The notes below the pieces were generated by a model, which had not been told where the DNA came from, ran no database searches, and saw only the letters and a program-made list of their open reading frames with translations. From Mytilus edulis (Eukaryota), in assembly GCF_963676685.1 (NCBI RefSeq), contig NC_092349.1:4030001-4094000 (forward strand): a stretch of DNA of 64,000 nt, written 5' to 3'. This document shows positions 1-24,144 of the stretch, piece after piece; the stretch's first letter is position 1; each line of letters starts with the position of its first letter. Position numbers and translations under genes: made by a program.

Positions 1-498
1 ATTAATGACAGAAATATCTTTTAAATTGTACAGGCTAATACTATACAGATAGTTATCATATATCTCTCAAATATCATGATTTTTCATTTTATCAACCGTT
101 TTTGTCTGATTCTATATACAAATGTGTTTTTATTTTTTAAAGTTTCTGCCACTGCAAAAACAAAGGTGTTTGAAATAAAAAGGCAAAATATTCAAAAAGT
201 AATAAAAAATTCTCATTTTAAAACAACAAACCCTACATAATGTGTGTTTTTTTTTTTTGGTATTTTATCAGTGGATTGTCAGTTTATTATCGATTTGGTT
301 TCTTTCGCCCCTCTTTTCCCACCCGTTTAAATGTATTATTATTTAATAAAAATCTTTAAAATGTTGACCGTCTTTCATACACAATTGATATATACGGTAT
401 AAAATGATGAAAGAAATTGTTAGTTGGTAGTGTTTTCGTTTTTCTTTTAGTTGAATGAAAAACATGATGTTATTTACAATGTGATAACGTTAACTTAC

Positions 499-522
499 CC
501 TTTGTAATCGAAATTTCGCCAT
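499..522 (-). CDS. Coding exon 1 of a third UBE2D-like E2 paralog; the rest lies beyond the left window edge
   Basis: ATG GCG AAA TTT CGA TTA CAA AGG|gtaag = MAKFRLQR. Same 24-nt size, phase 0 and RL motif as exon 1 of the two complete paralogs (MAESRLKK, MATKRLNK). Confidence 0.7.
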
Positions 523-1255
523 TTGTTTACATTTTCTGGGAAACAAAATTAATCATGATCCAAATCGTATCAAATTGTATCAAATCAAGATTCAGGAAAT
601 CCCCGGTTTTATTTTTAGAATAGGTATATACATTTTTCGTTTGTAAATCAAATTCAGAGTAATATTAAAATCAAAGCGGGAAAAGACCGAAACGCGATTG
701 TTATTTTCTCAGTCGGATTTTTTCCCTCTCACACAAACACATTTTTTTCAATTAACACTATAAGGTATAAGGGGAATCTGCATTCAAAAGGCAGGAGGGT
801 GTTTGTAAAGATAATAAATTAAATTAACGACAAGATAGTAAAGAATATTTTGCCCTAGAAAATGCAGGAATATTTGTGTACAACGGTTACGTTATTTTAT
901 GCATGGCAAAACAAAGTCGGACTAGAAACAGATATAAATGGGTATTTCCTTCCCTAAAAACCTACATCCCCAACTTCTCGGCCGAATATCAAGTAGTCTT
1001 TCTTCAACGAAGGTATTCTTCATGCGCAGAATACTTATTAATGATTTATTTAAAAAAGTCAATACACCCGCAAGGGGATTACATGATTACAATCGCTTTT
1101 AGTATTCTTTTTAGGTATCTACATATGTATACTGTGGTGTGTCTTTTGGTCGTTTTTCCGTTTCACTCCATGGTGTTGTAAGTTTGTCATCGGCTCATAA
1201 GTTTGAATATCCCTATGCTGTATTCTGTCTCCCTTATAAATAATGCCTACGCTAT

Positions 1256-1937
1256 AGGAAAAACAGTAGTAATAATTTCCCCAGCATTAGGTTGGCCTTT
1301 TGTGTACCCAAGGCAGATAAAGAAAGTCAACTTAGAAGCGCATTGATTGGATAACCGAAGTGAATATCAGTTTTTCAAAAGTCAATTAAACCTCATATTT
1401 ACCGAAACAAAAGACAGCAATTGTTTTATTACATATTCTGTGAGAAATGTATGTAATGGTTATTGTTTACAAAAACCAATTGTACATCAAACTTTTTTTT
1501 ATTAAAATTATGCCCGTAAAACACGTGACGTTCCGCGCGGTGAATATACCTTTTCCGAAGGTGAATATGCTTATTAATTCAAAATTCCATTCATATAGAA
1601 AAAACCTACTTAAGTTTTATCAATATGGAATAAAAAACATTATTTATCTATCTGCAGTGGGTATATTCAAAATGTAAATTTTGAAAAACCAGAGAATTAT
1701 TCGAAAAGACTTTAATAAAAACTCAAAAAGTTGGTGTAAAATGACATTGGGCATGGATAAGATAAATAAGCTCCGTTGGAAGTTGGTCATGATACTATTT
1801 GGCTTCAATTTATAAAAAAAATAACGAAAAAGTAGTAACACCACAAACCACTGTTTTGAACAGGTTTTAATTATATTTTTTGTTTTGAAAATGTTAGTAT
1901 TGTCGCCTATGGCAGAAAAAAATACTACCGTTTTCCC
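1256..1937. mobile_element. Non-autonomous DNA transposon (MITE-like); a shorter inverted copy lies at ~41438-41858
   Basis: Terminal inverted repeats ggaaaaacagtagta / tactaccgttttccc. Internal blocks recur reverse-complemented at 41438-41858. Confidence 0.6.
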
Positions 1938-2171
1938 ATTAACACACAGACAACAATAAAAAATTATATCATTTTTTGTTTAAATGGTTTGTATTCATAC
2001 AATAGTTTTTTCTTCAATACAGGAAATATATTTATATCAACAAGATAAAAAAAAAATAAGACTAATTTTTTTAACATATTACACCGCTTATAAAAGAAAA
2101 GTAAGACTTGTCTAAGTATCGTTTTACAAAATGAAACTTAAACGATGTATATAACAAAACGGTTGACCATA

Positions 2172-6828
<4,657 letters not shown>

Positions 6829-8989
6829 TTGTAAATATTTTCAGTAACTAAGTCATAAGAATGACGTAACAAATATGAAGAAAAATAATTTAAAGATCAG
6901 AATGGGTATTATATTTAGAATACATAATAGTTATATAACATTTTGTCAATTGTTGCCAATCAAATTATTATTGAAAAAAATGTATTTGAAGAGAACCGCG
7001 AACCGTGCAAAGATTGATGGTTGATCCATGAACTATTTCTTACGTTATTCGAACAGTTCTTGTAGAACGTTTCAGTACCCAAATTGCACATAGCAATCAA
7101 AAACACCAGCGAAAATCTTGCATGTTTTCTTAGGGACTAAACCATTTGTATTTTATATTAATCGACAATATTCATATTTTTCAAATCGGTAAATATGTTT
7201 AGATATACAGAGAACATTTACATCAAATATAGACAGATCAAATGTTTACTCTGAAAAGTCAAATCCACAAAAACGTCGCTATGCGACTTCCACAAAAAGT
7301 AATCTTTTTATAAAGAGCAAATAGGATATGTTACTAGCATCCATTTCTATAAAAAATAATAGCAAGAATGGACTAATGTCAATTTTTTCTAAATATTTGA
7401 AGAAATAAAACAAACCATCTGTTTTTCGATCTATAAGGATGTGAATTTAAGCCTGGATATGTACTTGGTACTTCTCATTCCAAATCAAAGATTGTTAGGA
7501 GGTCTGTTCACACCCATTATGTTTTTTTCTTTGATATAATATGGATTCAATATATAAAATTGGTGAAGCTATATAGTAAAGAAGAATACATATAAAAAAC
7601 AAACACAGAATGAAAACTTTTGTCTGGATCATAGATACACGTAGGTAAAAAAAAAGTGTCTAAATAGGTGCAATTTGGTTACCATCTATCTAATGCCAAA
7701 AGGAAAGAATTTTCAGTCTTCTCGAAATCGCGTAGCTCAAATTGAAATAGATATTATAGCTTAGATTATCCAAGTTAAACTAGCATTAGAATACAACATT
7801 CTTCAAGCATTTATTGAAATATATTATTGCATTTATTTACAAATTTATTTTGTAAGCAATTTTGATACATTTCCCAACCATAGTAAATTCTGAGATGTCT
7901 TTTACGTCACAAATATTCATACTAAATACTTAAATTTAAGAAGGTATCTGGTTGTGGTTTGCTGTTCCTAAGTCTGATAATTATACCCTTTCAGTAATGA
8001 CTTTCTATTCTTTATTTACCTTAAACAATACAGTTTATCGGTATAATATCCATAAATATACAGTTTACAAGTTGTATAGCATTAACATACACATAAATAA
8101 CAAACGTCAGAAATATCAGTTACAATTAACTTATTCTTGATTTTAATGATACGCTTCAATGGTATTGGTATTGTCTAGTTTTGCATCGACCAAATTAAAC
8201 ATGTTTGGAAAAACTTATAGTAAGGCATATAAGACACACAAAAAAACTTCACGAGGTTGTGGATGGAGGTTTACGGAATAGAGAATAATGGGAAAAAAAT
8301 ACATATGAATAGAGAAATGGATCAAACCAAGAAAGAATAAAGACTAATGAGATGCATTTGCGCAGGTTGCTTTTTAAGGAATTTATAGATTTATGCACCA
8401 GGTTATATGATTTACCCTGGTAAAAGCGAGGCGAAACGTGCACCAGCAGTGACATCAACGAAAAGATCTTAAACTTTTATCAAAAATACCAAGCTAATAA
8501 GTTGTATGTTTGACCAGTGGCTTTTGAATCAAAATTGTAAGAATATTATGTGTTCAAAAGTACATTGCTGTTGAAACACTCGGGGACAATCAACTAAATT
8601 ACAAAAAAATACTTTTTGAAAATTAAACCTCTGTTGGTCTAGTTTTCAGATAATAGCAAATAAATGTAATTTAATAGTATTCTTTGACATTACCTTGTTA
8701 GAATTTACAACTCCCTATCAAGAAATTTGAATTATACAAGCACTAACAAATGTCGACAATGAACAACATGTTGATCAACAGAAAAAAGATATCGGTTGCC
8801 GTGTGGTCTATCAACTTCATTACAGCGATCACTAACATGTCAACACCGAAGTTGTGAGTTAGAACACGCACCCGGCAGTTGCATTTGATGCCGATCTTAA
8901 CTGCAGATGAATGCCATTTTTCTCTGCCGATAGTTTTTTTTTATGATTCCGGCTTTCTCTACATCCGGAATATATTACGTTAAATGTGT

Positions 8990-10252
8990 TTTATACACAA
9001 CAAAACATAGAATATATATTTATTAAGATATAATAAACTAAGATACATACTACATGATATACATACAATAAAATAAACATCATTTGGCGTTTAGCCGTCT
9101 CGGTTGTTGTCACAGTGATTGATTAATTCCCAAGCTTGAGAATCATATCAATCGGAAGATCTGAGTTCATGCTTGAACTTCTGATACGCTAGGACACTAA
9201 CTTTAAGTTCATGCTTGAACTTACTGATGGACCTGTTCTTGTTTATGACTACAAGCATGTAGATCAAAAACGTCAGTGATAGAAGTCCATGCATGGACTG
9301 ACATCAGGACTGACTTAGAACAGGGATCTGTTGTTAGTTAGTGTCCGGAAACTTTTAGCACGTGTCTGGTCTATTTAAAATTTAACCAAATTACTGCTAT
9401 AAGTCCCATTAACTGTGACAAGCAACTTATACATCAATAACTCTGCATCAAATTTGGGGAAATTGAGTTAATAATAACGAAAATATGCGATCTAAAAGAT
9501 ATTATATACCGAGACAGCAGTTTAATAGTACATTATAGATTTCTAAATATAATGAAACAATGGTGGTGGTGGGGAAGGTGGTGGTTAGTCTATATAGAAT
9601 CGACCACACTACTCCATTGCAAATTAATAATGGCATCGGTCACGTGCTATATGACTTCACTCTTCATGCATGAGGCACCATAAGGTGCACGCGTGAAAAA
9701 TAGTTTTGTGTGTATAAAACCAATTTATTAAGGTGAACCTATATAAATAACCATTTATACACAACAAAACATAGAATATATATTTATTAAGATATAATAA
9801 ACTAAGATACATACTACATGATATACATACAATAAAATAAACATCATTTGGCGTTTAGCCGTCTCGGTTGTTGTCACAGTGATTGATTAATTCCCAAGCT
9901 TGAGAATCATATCAATCGGAAGATCTGAGTTCATGCTTGAACTTCTGATACGCTAGGACACTAACTTTAAGTTCATGCTTGAATTTACTGATGGACCTGT
10001 TCTTGTTTATGACTACAAGCATGTAGATCAAAAACGTCAGTGATAGAAGTCCATGCATGGACTGACATCAGGACTGACTTAGAACAGGGATCTGTTGTTA
10101 GTTAGTGTCCGGAAACTTTTAGCACGTGTCTGGTCTATTTAAAATTTAACCAAATTACTGCTATAAGTCCCATTAACTGTGACAAGCAACTTATACATCA
10201 ATAACTCTGCATCAAATTTGGGGAAATTGAGTTAATAATAACGAAAATATGC
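8990..10252 (-). repeat. Ngaro 3' repeat block: two 499-bp B repeats flanking A2 and a 96-bp spacer
   Basis: 8990-9488 matches 9754-10252, with one mismatch seen (9220 C vs 9984 T). 9585-9755 matches 15271-15441. Confidence 0.95.
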
Positions 10253-11248
10253 CAAAATACAGTTGATGACTGGTTTTTAAAGGAGACAACTGAACCCCAA
10301 ATGAAGATGATTGCTGTAAATTCAAATTTACTGAGTGCGTATGGCAGTGATGAACTCTCGCATGAATAGATGATACTTGTATTCTACAGATTTTCTAAAA
10401 TCGCAATGATAAATGCACGCATCAATTCTGAATTTACAGTATCTTTGAACAAAGATTTGTTACTATATTAATATATCTGAATATGTGAATGATATACAAA
10501 TGAACTTAATATCAGATGCGAATAGATGAATAGCAATTAAAACGTCCATCACTAATCGTTTATCAGTATGTAACTCCAGCGTGCTGGAAAACATGGAAAT
10601 TTTATAGTGATAAGCACAAGTGTTCTGATAACTACTGTCTATCTCAGCGGGTCGTGAGAAGAAATATTACGACTTGATGAAATCAAATGTTCTGCTTGAC
10701 CTTAACATAACTTTCATAAACATGTCAATGAACTCTGATCATAATGTTCTCAGCATCTGCTATACTATAATGTTCTTTATCTCTCAAGAGCTTTATCTAC
10801 ATAGTTAATTAGTAAGTTCAAATATCAACACAAATCGGGAACTGTCATACTGCTATAACTGGTTTAAATGTTTAACCCTTGTCTCATTCATTGAAAATGG
10901 TACGTCACTGATAGCAATTATAAACAAATGTATATGCTTAGCAATTAATATACACATAATAAATGAAGACAATGAAACGTCAATATATTTACATAATATG
11001 GGGATTATTATGCCCCAACACTATCGAAACACACTTTAAACCACTATCAGATTAAACAATGGGGATTATTATGCCCCTGAAACACTGATTAAAAACGCAA
11101 TTGATGTCGTTGTGTTGACCTCATAAACACGATGAACTGATATGTGGTAATGAAACAGTCTATATATACTCTAAGGCACTTACAATATTAAATCAAGATA
11201 AAAACGTATGCGATTGAAATATTCCTATGTACAATAAACACTAAATCT

Positions 11249-12256
11249 TCATTCGAGTAATGCTTGTTGAGCTTGCTGTATCGTTGATAAAGATGTTCTG
11301 ATATAGCGAGTATAACACTGTGAACTCCACCGTCCGAGTGTCTGAATAAGGTGATCTTCAATTTTTGAACCTGCTGTGGTACTTGCTCCAATTCGAAAGC
11401 TGTGACCATTATATAAGTCTGAGTTGTATCCAAGTACGGCAAGTATGTTTTTTAAAGAAGAAATGAAGTAGTTTCGTGTTAAAGCTTTCCTATTTTCCAT
11501 CACAAAGAAAGCGTCTTGTGATTTACTATCTTTGAATTTCCTAGAACGATAGTCCATGTAACGTTCCAGAGATAAGACTGGACAAACAGAAACTCCCGAC
11601 GCAAATAAATGAATGTCAACACCTTCACGGAATGGGTCTGTTTTCGAAGCTTTCAAATGAAAGGTAACTTTATCCTTAAGGAATCGGATATCTTCGATAC
11701 TCACATTGCATTCTGAATCAAACGAATGTAATACTGTAAATTCCCCACATCGGAGAAATCCAAAATATGCCGTGACACACGCTGCTTCCAGAAGAATGTC
11801 TACATACGGAGTATAATACCCTTTCCTCAACAACTGACAAATGTCCTTGAGTATCGTGAAGGTTATTGGCAGTCTAGGTTTTGTTGATTTTTTCTCATTT
11901 TTCTTTATTCCTCTATATAACGCATCGAGTCGATAAAGTTTATCAGAACTGCCGCTAAATATTGAAGTCTTCCCATTCTCTAAGTATTTATATCGTATTC
12001 CACATATATACATTTTAATAGTAGAACATTTCAAGTGCAAGTTTTTAAAACAATGCGTAGCGAAATGAATAAGAGATTCTTCAGTTAACGGAGGCATGTC
12101 TGAATTAAGCCAAATCACTCCAGTCATTCGTAAAAAGGTTGCATAGGCAGAATACCCACACTCATACTGCGTACGTGTTCTAGGAGCTATTGAAGTTTTG
12201 AGTAAACAACTTACACTATTAGTCAATTCCACATTACGAGTGAGAAGTGCGGACAA
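11249..12256 (-). CDS. Ngaro tyrosine recombinase
   Basis: Catalytic set present: GFLRCGEF (R), KASKTD (K), HSFRIG (HxxR), LGRW, YIR (Y). The frame overlaps the RT end and the called start is TTG. Confidence 0.93.
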   Translation of the reverse strand: MSALLTRNVELTNSVSCLLKTSIAPRTRTQYECGYSAYATFLRMTGVIWLNSDMPPLTEESLIHFATHCFKNLHLKCSTIKMYICGIRYKYLENGKTSIFSGSSDKLYRLDALYRGIKKNEKKSTKPRLPITFTILKDICQLLRKGYYTPYVDILLEAACVTAYFGFLRCGEFTVLHSFDSECNVSIEDIRFLKDKVTFHLKASKTDPFREGVDIHLFASGVSVCPVLSLERYMDYRSRKFKDSKSQDAFFVMENRKALTRNYFISSLKNILAVLGYNSDLYNGHSFRIGASTTAGSKIEDHLIQTLGRWSSQCYTRYIRTSLSTIQQAQQALLE

Positions 12257-13842
12257 ATCATGGCTTGTGCATCTGCTTCCGGCGCTTCTTTCCGGAACGT
12301 CTGAAAATCAAATCGAGAAAGTGAATCTGCAATCACATTTTTAACACCAGGGATATGCTTACTTGAAAATGTAAAATTGTTAATTGCAGCTAACCAAGTG
12401 AGTTTACGCATTAGTTTCATAATATCTTGCACTTTGGAGCGTCCCTTGTTTATAATATTAACAGTAGATTCATTATCACAATGAAAAACTATTCGTTTTC
12501 TCGTCCAAAGTTTGCCCCAAAGTACTGCCGCCACTACAATTGGATACAATTCTCGGAAAGCCATAGACATATCAGAATCAAGTATATTTTGTAACTCTGG
12601 TGGCCAAGAACTACAAAACCAATGTCCCTTGAAGTAACCTCCAAAGCCAAGTGTTGAAGCAGCATCTGTAAACAATTCGAAATCCGCTGAATTGGTAGTG
12701 AAAGTATCATAGAAAAAGGAGACGCAGTTCCACTGCTTAAGAAAAATATACCACATCTTTAAATCATCTCGACATTCGGCTGACAGTGTAACATAGTAAT
12801 TGAGATTGTTAACTTTAGTCGATAGGTTAATGAGATAAGTTACAAAAGTCCGTCCAGGTATAATAACTCTTGCGGCAAAATTGAAATGTCCCAAGAGTTG
12901 TAAAAGTTCTCGTTTTTTAATAGAACGTCGACGTAGAAATGTTCCAATGAAATAAATAATGCGTTCAACTTTATCTTGTGGAAGTCTAGCTTCCATCTTA
13001 TCTGTATCTAATATAATTCCGAGATACTCTAGTGTGGTATGTGGACCTACAGTCTTTTTCTTAGATAATGCTATATTCAATCTATTAAAAATTAAAGTGA
13101 TAAGTGCCATAGTTCTATCTCCTGAAGTGTCTGATGCTTGAACAGTTAAAAAATCATCAAGCAGATGAAGTATAACTGGAATATTGTAATTGTTCTTGGC
13201 TATCCAACAAATTGCCACTGACAAGTTGTCAAATATTTTAGGTGATGATCGTGAGCCAAAACAAAGACGCACATAATAGTAATATAAATTTCTCCATTTA
13301 ATACAGTATAAATGATGCTGATCCCTTTTGATCCCTAATTGCTTGAATGCATCGGCAATGTCCGCCTTATTTAGTATTGATAATCGTCCGAATTCTTTAA
13401 TTGCGTTGATTGCATCATCTATTTTAACGTATGACAGCGAGCATTGCTCTTTATCGATTAAATCGTTAATACTAAAATGATCTTGACTTTCATGTGGAGA
13501 CGACAAATCAACTATTAACCTCTTTTTTCCTGAATATTTGCCTTCCACTATACCTATTGGGCTCACACGATACCTATCAAAAGGGAGCTTTTTGAATGGC
13601 CCAACTAGATAACCTTTATCGACCTCTTGTTTAATTATAATATCAACGCTGTCTGGATTTCGGAAAGCTGATTGTAGATTTTTACATTCAACTGTTGGTA
13701 ATTCTGTTTTCGACACCATGGTATCAAAACCGTTTGTTATACCGTCTAATAAATATTTTACAAAATTTCTATCCGGATGTTTTGCTAATTCTATTTCAAG
13801 GTTATTTACATTGATGCAAGAAAGTTGATAATCATCATTCAT
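12223..13842 (-). CDS. Ngaro reverse transcriptase / RNase H (539 aa)
   Basis: RLIVDLS, KADIADAF, LCFGSRSSP and HLLDDFL (RT); FTDAAS, RELYPI, HCDN and NVIADSLSR (DIRS-type RNase H). Confidence 0.95.
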   Translation of the reverse strand: MNDDYQLSCINVNNLEIELAKHPDRNFVKYLLDGITNGFDTMVSKTELPTVECKNLQSAFRNPDSVDIIIKQEVDKGYLVGPFKKLPFDRYRVSPIGIVEGKYSGKKRLIVDLSSPHESQDHFSINDLIDKEQCSLSYVKIDDAINAIKEFGRLSILNKADIADAFKQLGIKRDQHHLYCIKWRNLYYYYVRLCFGSRSSPKIFDNLSVAICWIAKNNYNIPVILHLLDDFLTVQASDTSGDRTMALITLIFNRLNIALSKKKTVGPHTTLEYLGIILDTDKMEARLPQDKVERIIYFIGTFLRRRSIKKRELLQLLGHFNFAARVIIPGRTFVTYLINLSTKVNNLNYYVTLSAECRDDLKMWYIFLKQWNCVSFFYDTFTTNSADFELFTDAASTLGFGGYFKGHWFCSSWPPELQNILDSDMSMAFRELYPIVVAAVLWGKLWTRKRIVFHCDNESTVNIINKGRSKVQDIMKLMRKLTWLAAINNFTFSSKHIPGVKNVIADSLSRFDFQTFRKEAPEADAQAMICPHFSLVMWN

Positions 13843-13848
13843 ATCGAG

Positions 13849-15189
13849 TCACCTAGATGTTTTAACGTTCGGCTTATCAGCAGTTTTGTTTTGATTACTA
13901 GCACTGGTATCCTTGTTGTTACCACATGTCTTGAAACCGTGACCTCTACTTTTACACTTGATACACGCATGTGTAAACTTGCATTCTTTCCATTTGCATG
14001 TTCCATAATTGAAATTATTACAAAGGTCAAGACCCTCTGCTTGAATGATATTTCTCCCATGCCTATCTTTTGATTTATCTACAACACGACCGTTCGTCGT
14101 GGCTTGTGGGGCGCAAGGAGGAGTTTCTTGATAAACTTGTTTTTGGCAGAATTTCGTTGTGTGGTCGTAATCTCCACATAGTTCACATTCTCTACTTTGT
14201 AACCCATTCATAACTAGATGTAATAGACGGTCGTCTACCTTTCCCCAGTTAATTGCAATATTATGTTCAATAATAGCAGTGGCGGCCTTAGCCGAAAACA
14301 ATTTGTGGTATTTGTAAAATCTTTGTCCGTAGTTATAGGCTATATCATTTATATCGGCCTCGTACTGATCTAATTCATCTCGCCGTTGAGGATATACTTT
14401 ACAGATAATATTCCTAAATTTCCTGAAGGCCTTATTGAACTCATCAAGGGTCAATGTTTTCTCTAGACGAGGATCCTTAGGAGCAGATAACTCTACAGTT
14501 AGCCCTTCAGAAACGACAGTGCGTGTTTGGGGAACCTCATTTTTTGGATACAATAAAAGAGAAAGGTTTATATCCTTACCTTCTAGAATTTGCTTTCTTA
14601 AAGAAGTAGACACGTAGTCCATTTTTGGTAGGTCCTCTGCAAAAACAATCCCTTTAGAAGTGTCAACTTGTCTTTGGAAGGTTTGTTCCGCATTTACAGA
14701 AGAGATTGGGGTCATGTGTCCGTATGTGGCTTGATATGCCGAGGCAAAGTCATAGTTTGACTTTAGATTCTGCAGACTACTGTTTGATGAAGCATCTTTA
14801 TTGGCTAGAAGTCCTACAACCATAGATGACATAGCCGACATAGCTTCATTTGCCGACTTTAGTGCGGAAGTAGAATCCTTTAGCATGTCTGCTGTTTGTG
14901 ACATTGTATTGTTTTCATTTACTGGTTGATCAGTGTCCACGTTAGGTTGATTTTTGGCAGCAACTGTCACTTCATCTGTATTACTTGATTCCGTAGAACC
15001 ATTTTGACCACTTTCTGTTGAACTTGCTAAGTCCTTTTGATTGACAAAATACAATTGTCGAATCATGTCTAATCTCCAAGTAGATTTCACTGTAATCCCC
15101 ATACTTTTTAAATGGGTAACATACTGTTCTTTGGTCCAATGCATTGGATCATTTGGATCATGTCGCGCTGGTCGCTTTCGACTACTCAT
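13849..15189 (-). CDS. Ngaro gag-like protein (446 aa)
   Basis: First ORF after repeat A1. Zinc knuckle CELCGDYDHTTKFC and C-terminal Cys/His cluster CNNFNYGTCKWKECKFTHACIKCKSRGHGFKTC. Confidence 0.88.
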   Translation of the reverse strand: MSSRKRPARHDPNDPMHWTKEQYVTHLKSMGITVKSTWRLDMIRQLYFVNQKDLASSTESGQNGSTESSNTDEVTVAAKNQPNVDTDQPVNENNTMSQTADMLKDSTSALKSANEAMSAMSSMVVGLLANKDASSNSSLQNLKSNYDFASAYQATYGHMTPISSVNAEQTFQRQVDTSKGIVFAEDLPKMDYVSTSLRKQILEGKDINLSLLLYPKNEVPQTRTVVSEGLTVELSAPKDPRLEKTLTLDEFNKAFRKFRNIICKVYPQRRDELDQYEADINDIAYNYGQRFYKYHKLFSAKAATAIIEHNIAINWGKVDDRLLHLVMNGLQSRECELCGDYDHTTKFCQKQVYQETPPCAPQATTNGRVVDKSKDRHGRNIIQAEGLDLCNNFNYGTCKWKECKFTHACIKCKSRGHGFKTCGNNKDTSASNQNKTADKPNVKTSR

Positions 15190-15973
15190 TGTTGAAAGAT
15201 ATTGATAGTCCAGTAAATATGAATTTTGTGTATAAAGTTAATCATGAATGAAAATGAAATGATATAGAGTTTAGTCTATATAGAATCGACCACACTACTC
15301 CATTGCAAATTAATAATGGCATCGGTCACGTGCTATATGACTTCACTCTTCATGCATGAGGCACCATAAGGTGCACGCGTGAAAAATAGTTTTGTGTGTA
15401 TAAAACCAATTTATTAAGGTGAACCTATATAAATAACCATTGGCAAAACAGTTCTGAGTTGGTCCTCAATGCTTTTCAAATTCGTAATTTTTGTTGGTAC
15501 TTTTTTTTAAACCAGATGATTCGAGCGTCACTGATAAGTTTTGTGGCAACGAAACGCGCGTCTGCGGTGTACAATTTAAGTCCTGTTATTTTTTATGAGT
15601 TTTTGTATTCTACTTATAAAAACTTGCCGCCACGTTATAGTCAAAATGGTTAATAGAGGCATTAATCATCAACAATCAATCATATATAATAAATATATAT
15701 ACATATTCTTATTCAGTTTAATCAAAAGACCACAAAAAAAAAAAATACGTCGGGTTTTGTGAAAATCAAACGCAATATGCATGAAATACTTTTATTTCAA
15801 ACATACAAAACAAATAAATAAGTTCGTAAATCATTCCTTCACAAACATTTATTCACTCACAAATGGAGAAAATAAACAATACAAAACGTTCTTTTATAAA
15901 CGACAGTAAAATAATAAAGTTTCGTTATACAAAATGCAAGGAACTAGTCTATAAAACATTTTAGTTGACCACA

Positions 15974-22602
<6,629 letters not shown>

Positions 22603-24144
22603 TTTGTGAAAATATACTATAACAAGAATTCAAACTTCCTTGCTAAAGTCTTTGTTAAACAATAATTATTAAGCGTTTCGAACCTGTTATTTTACTCAAT
22701 ATCGTATTACATCAGATCTTTATTCAAGTACAAGGTAGTCATTCTAGGTAAATGGAAATTTCTATTAACATTCAGATAATAGGGTTTAAATGGGGGCATG
22801 TGTAAAAATAGATTGTACAACACCGTGACTATTTTTAGGAATAGACTAGAATATTCTATTTTTCAAAAATTACAGGACCCATAAAAAGCAAATAAATCAG
22901 ATACAATGATTGATGTAATATAATTTTTCATTGATTTAACAAGAAAGGAAAATAAATGTATTTCAATGAAGATTCAAACCATTACATTGATCCATATTGA
23001 TTTCATTTAGAACATCTTGTGAGAAGAGATGTTTTCTTTTGAGAAAATGTCTATTTATAAAGTTATAAACCACGCTTTTAACCGGTGCAGTCTAGTATGA
23101 CGACAATATTCTTAAACTAATAATGTATATTAATAGTAAGTTATCACACAATGTATTGAATTAATACATACATGACATAATAAACAAAGATATAACATGA
23201 GTCATTTAAAGATAAATGTAGAATTTTAAAATTGAAAAGTTACCAGTATAAATCATCCTTTATAAATAAGAGTGATAAACAATTCAAAATAAACCATACT
23301 TCATGAACAAATATACCCCCAACAAATACAATAATAATTATTATGATAAAATAAATAAATATAAATAATATAATAATATCAGTGAAGCATACATTGAAAC
23401 ATCTTTGATAGTTGCAATATTTTGTCTATCCTGTTTTCATTTCAAAAAGTATGTTAAATTTGCTTACTGGAAAAGAGTCTCAAAAACACACAGCGTGTAA
23501 TCAAATAAAAAGGTTTCCAAGAATTAAGTTTTTATATATTTTCCTTCCATGTATTACTAGATTATTTGTCAATTGTCCATACTAAAAGACTACCAGAAAC
23601 GTACTTAAACCAATGAAAAACATGTAACCAATTATATACTTTCAACACGTGTATAGTTATAAACAAATACACGTGGTAATGTTTACATACCGGTGTACAT
23701 AACTTTAATACATATACAATGATATATTTGTTTGTCTTTTTGTAGACGGAATCAGGAAAGTCCGTACGTTTTAGATAAATCTCTAAATCCTGTCTGTCCT
23801 GGTACTGATAACAGCATTGTGTACATGTTGCGAAGATAAGGATGATGAAAGCTGTAAATGAGTTCGAAACAAATACAGATTTATATACTATTCGAGGAAA
23901 TTTCTTTCAATTATAGTCTATCTTGTTACCGTGGTTACATGAAGCCATGGTGTTGTCAGTTTATTTTCGATTTATGAGTTTGGCTGTCCCTTTGATATCT
24001 TTCGTCCCTCTCTTTTAAGTAAAGTGGATGTTTGCTGTTTTAATATTCAAAATTGTTCGAAAATGTAATAAATGAAGTGCTGTTCTGTTCTGTTTAATGT
24101 TTCATAATTGATTTGGCTAAATACACTTTTCGATGTATACTTTT

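Larger units (their letters stand above)
8990..15441 (-). mobile_element. Full-length Ngaro-type (DIRS order) tyrosine-recombinase retrotransposon
   Basis: Split direct repeats in element orientation: A1 15271-15441, B1 9754-10252, A2 9585-9755, B2 8990-9488. gag, RT/RNase H and YR ORFs are uninterrupted. No methyltransferase domain was seen. Confidence 0.95.

Noticed and set aside
8990-10252. 499-bp direct repeat read as LTRs or an assembly duplication
   Set aside because: Together with the A repeats it forms the A1-B1-A2-B2 layout of Ngaro elements.
13825-14617. Small overlapping or antisense ORFs within gag and pol
   Set aside because: Shadow frames with no recognisable motifs.
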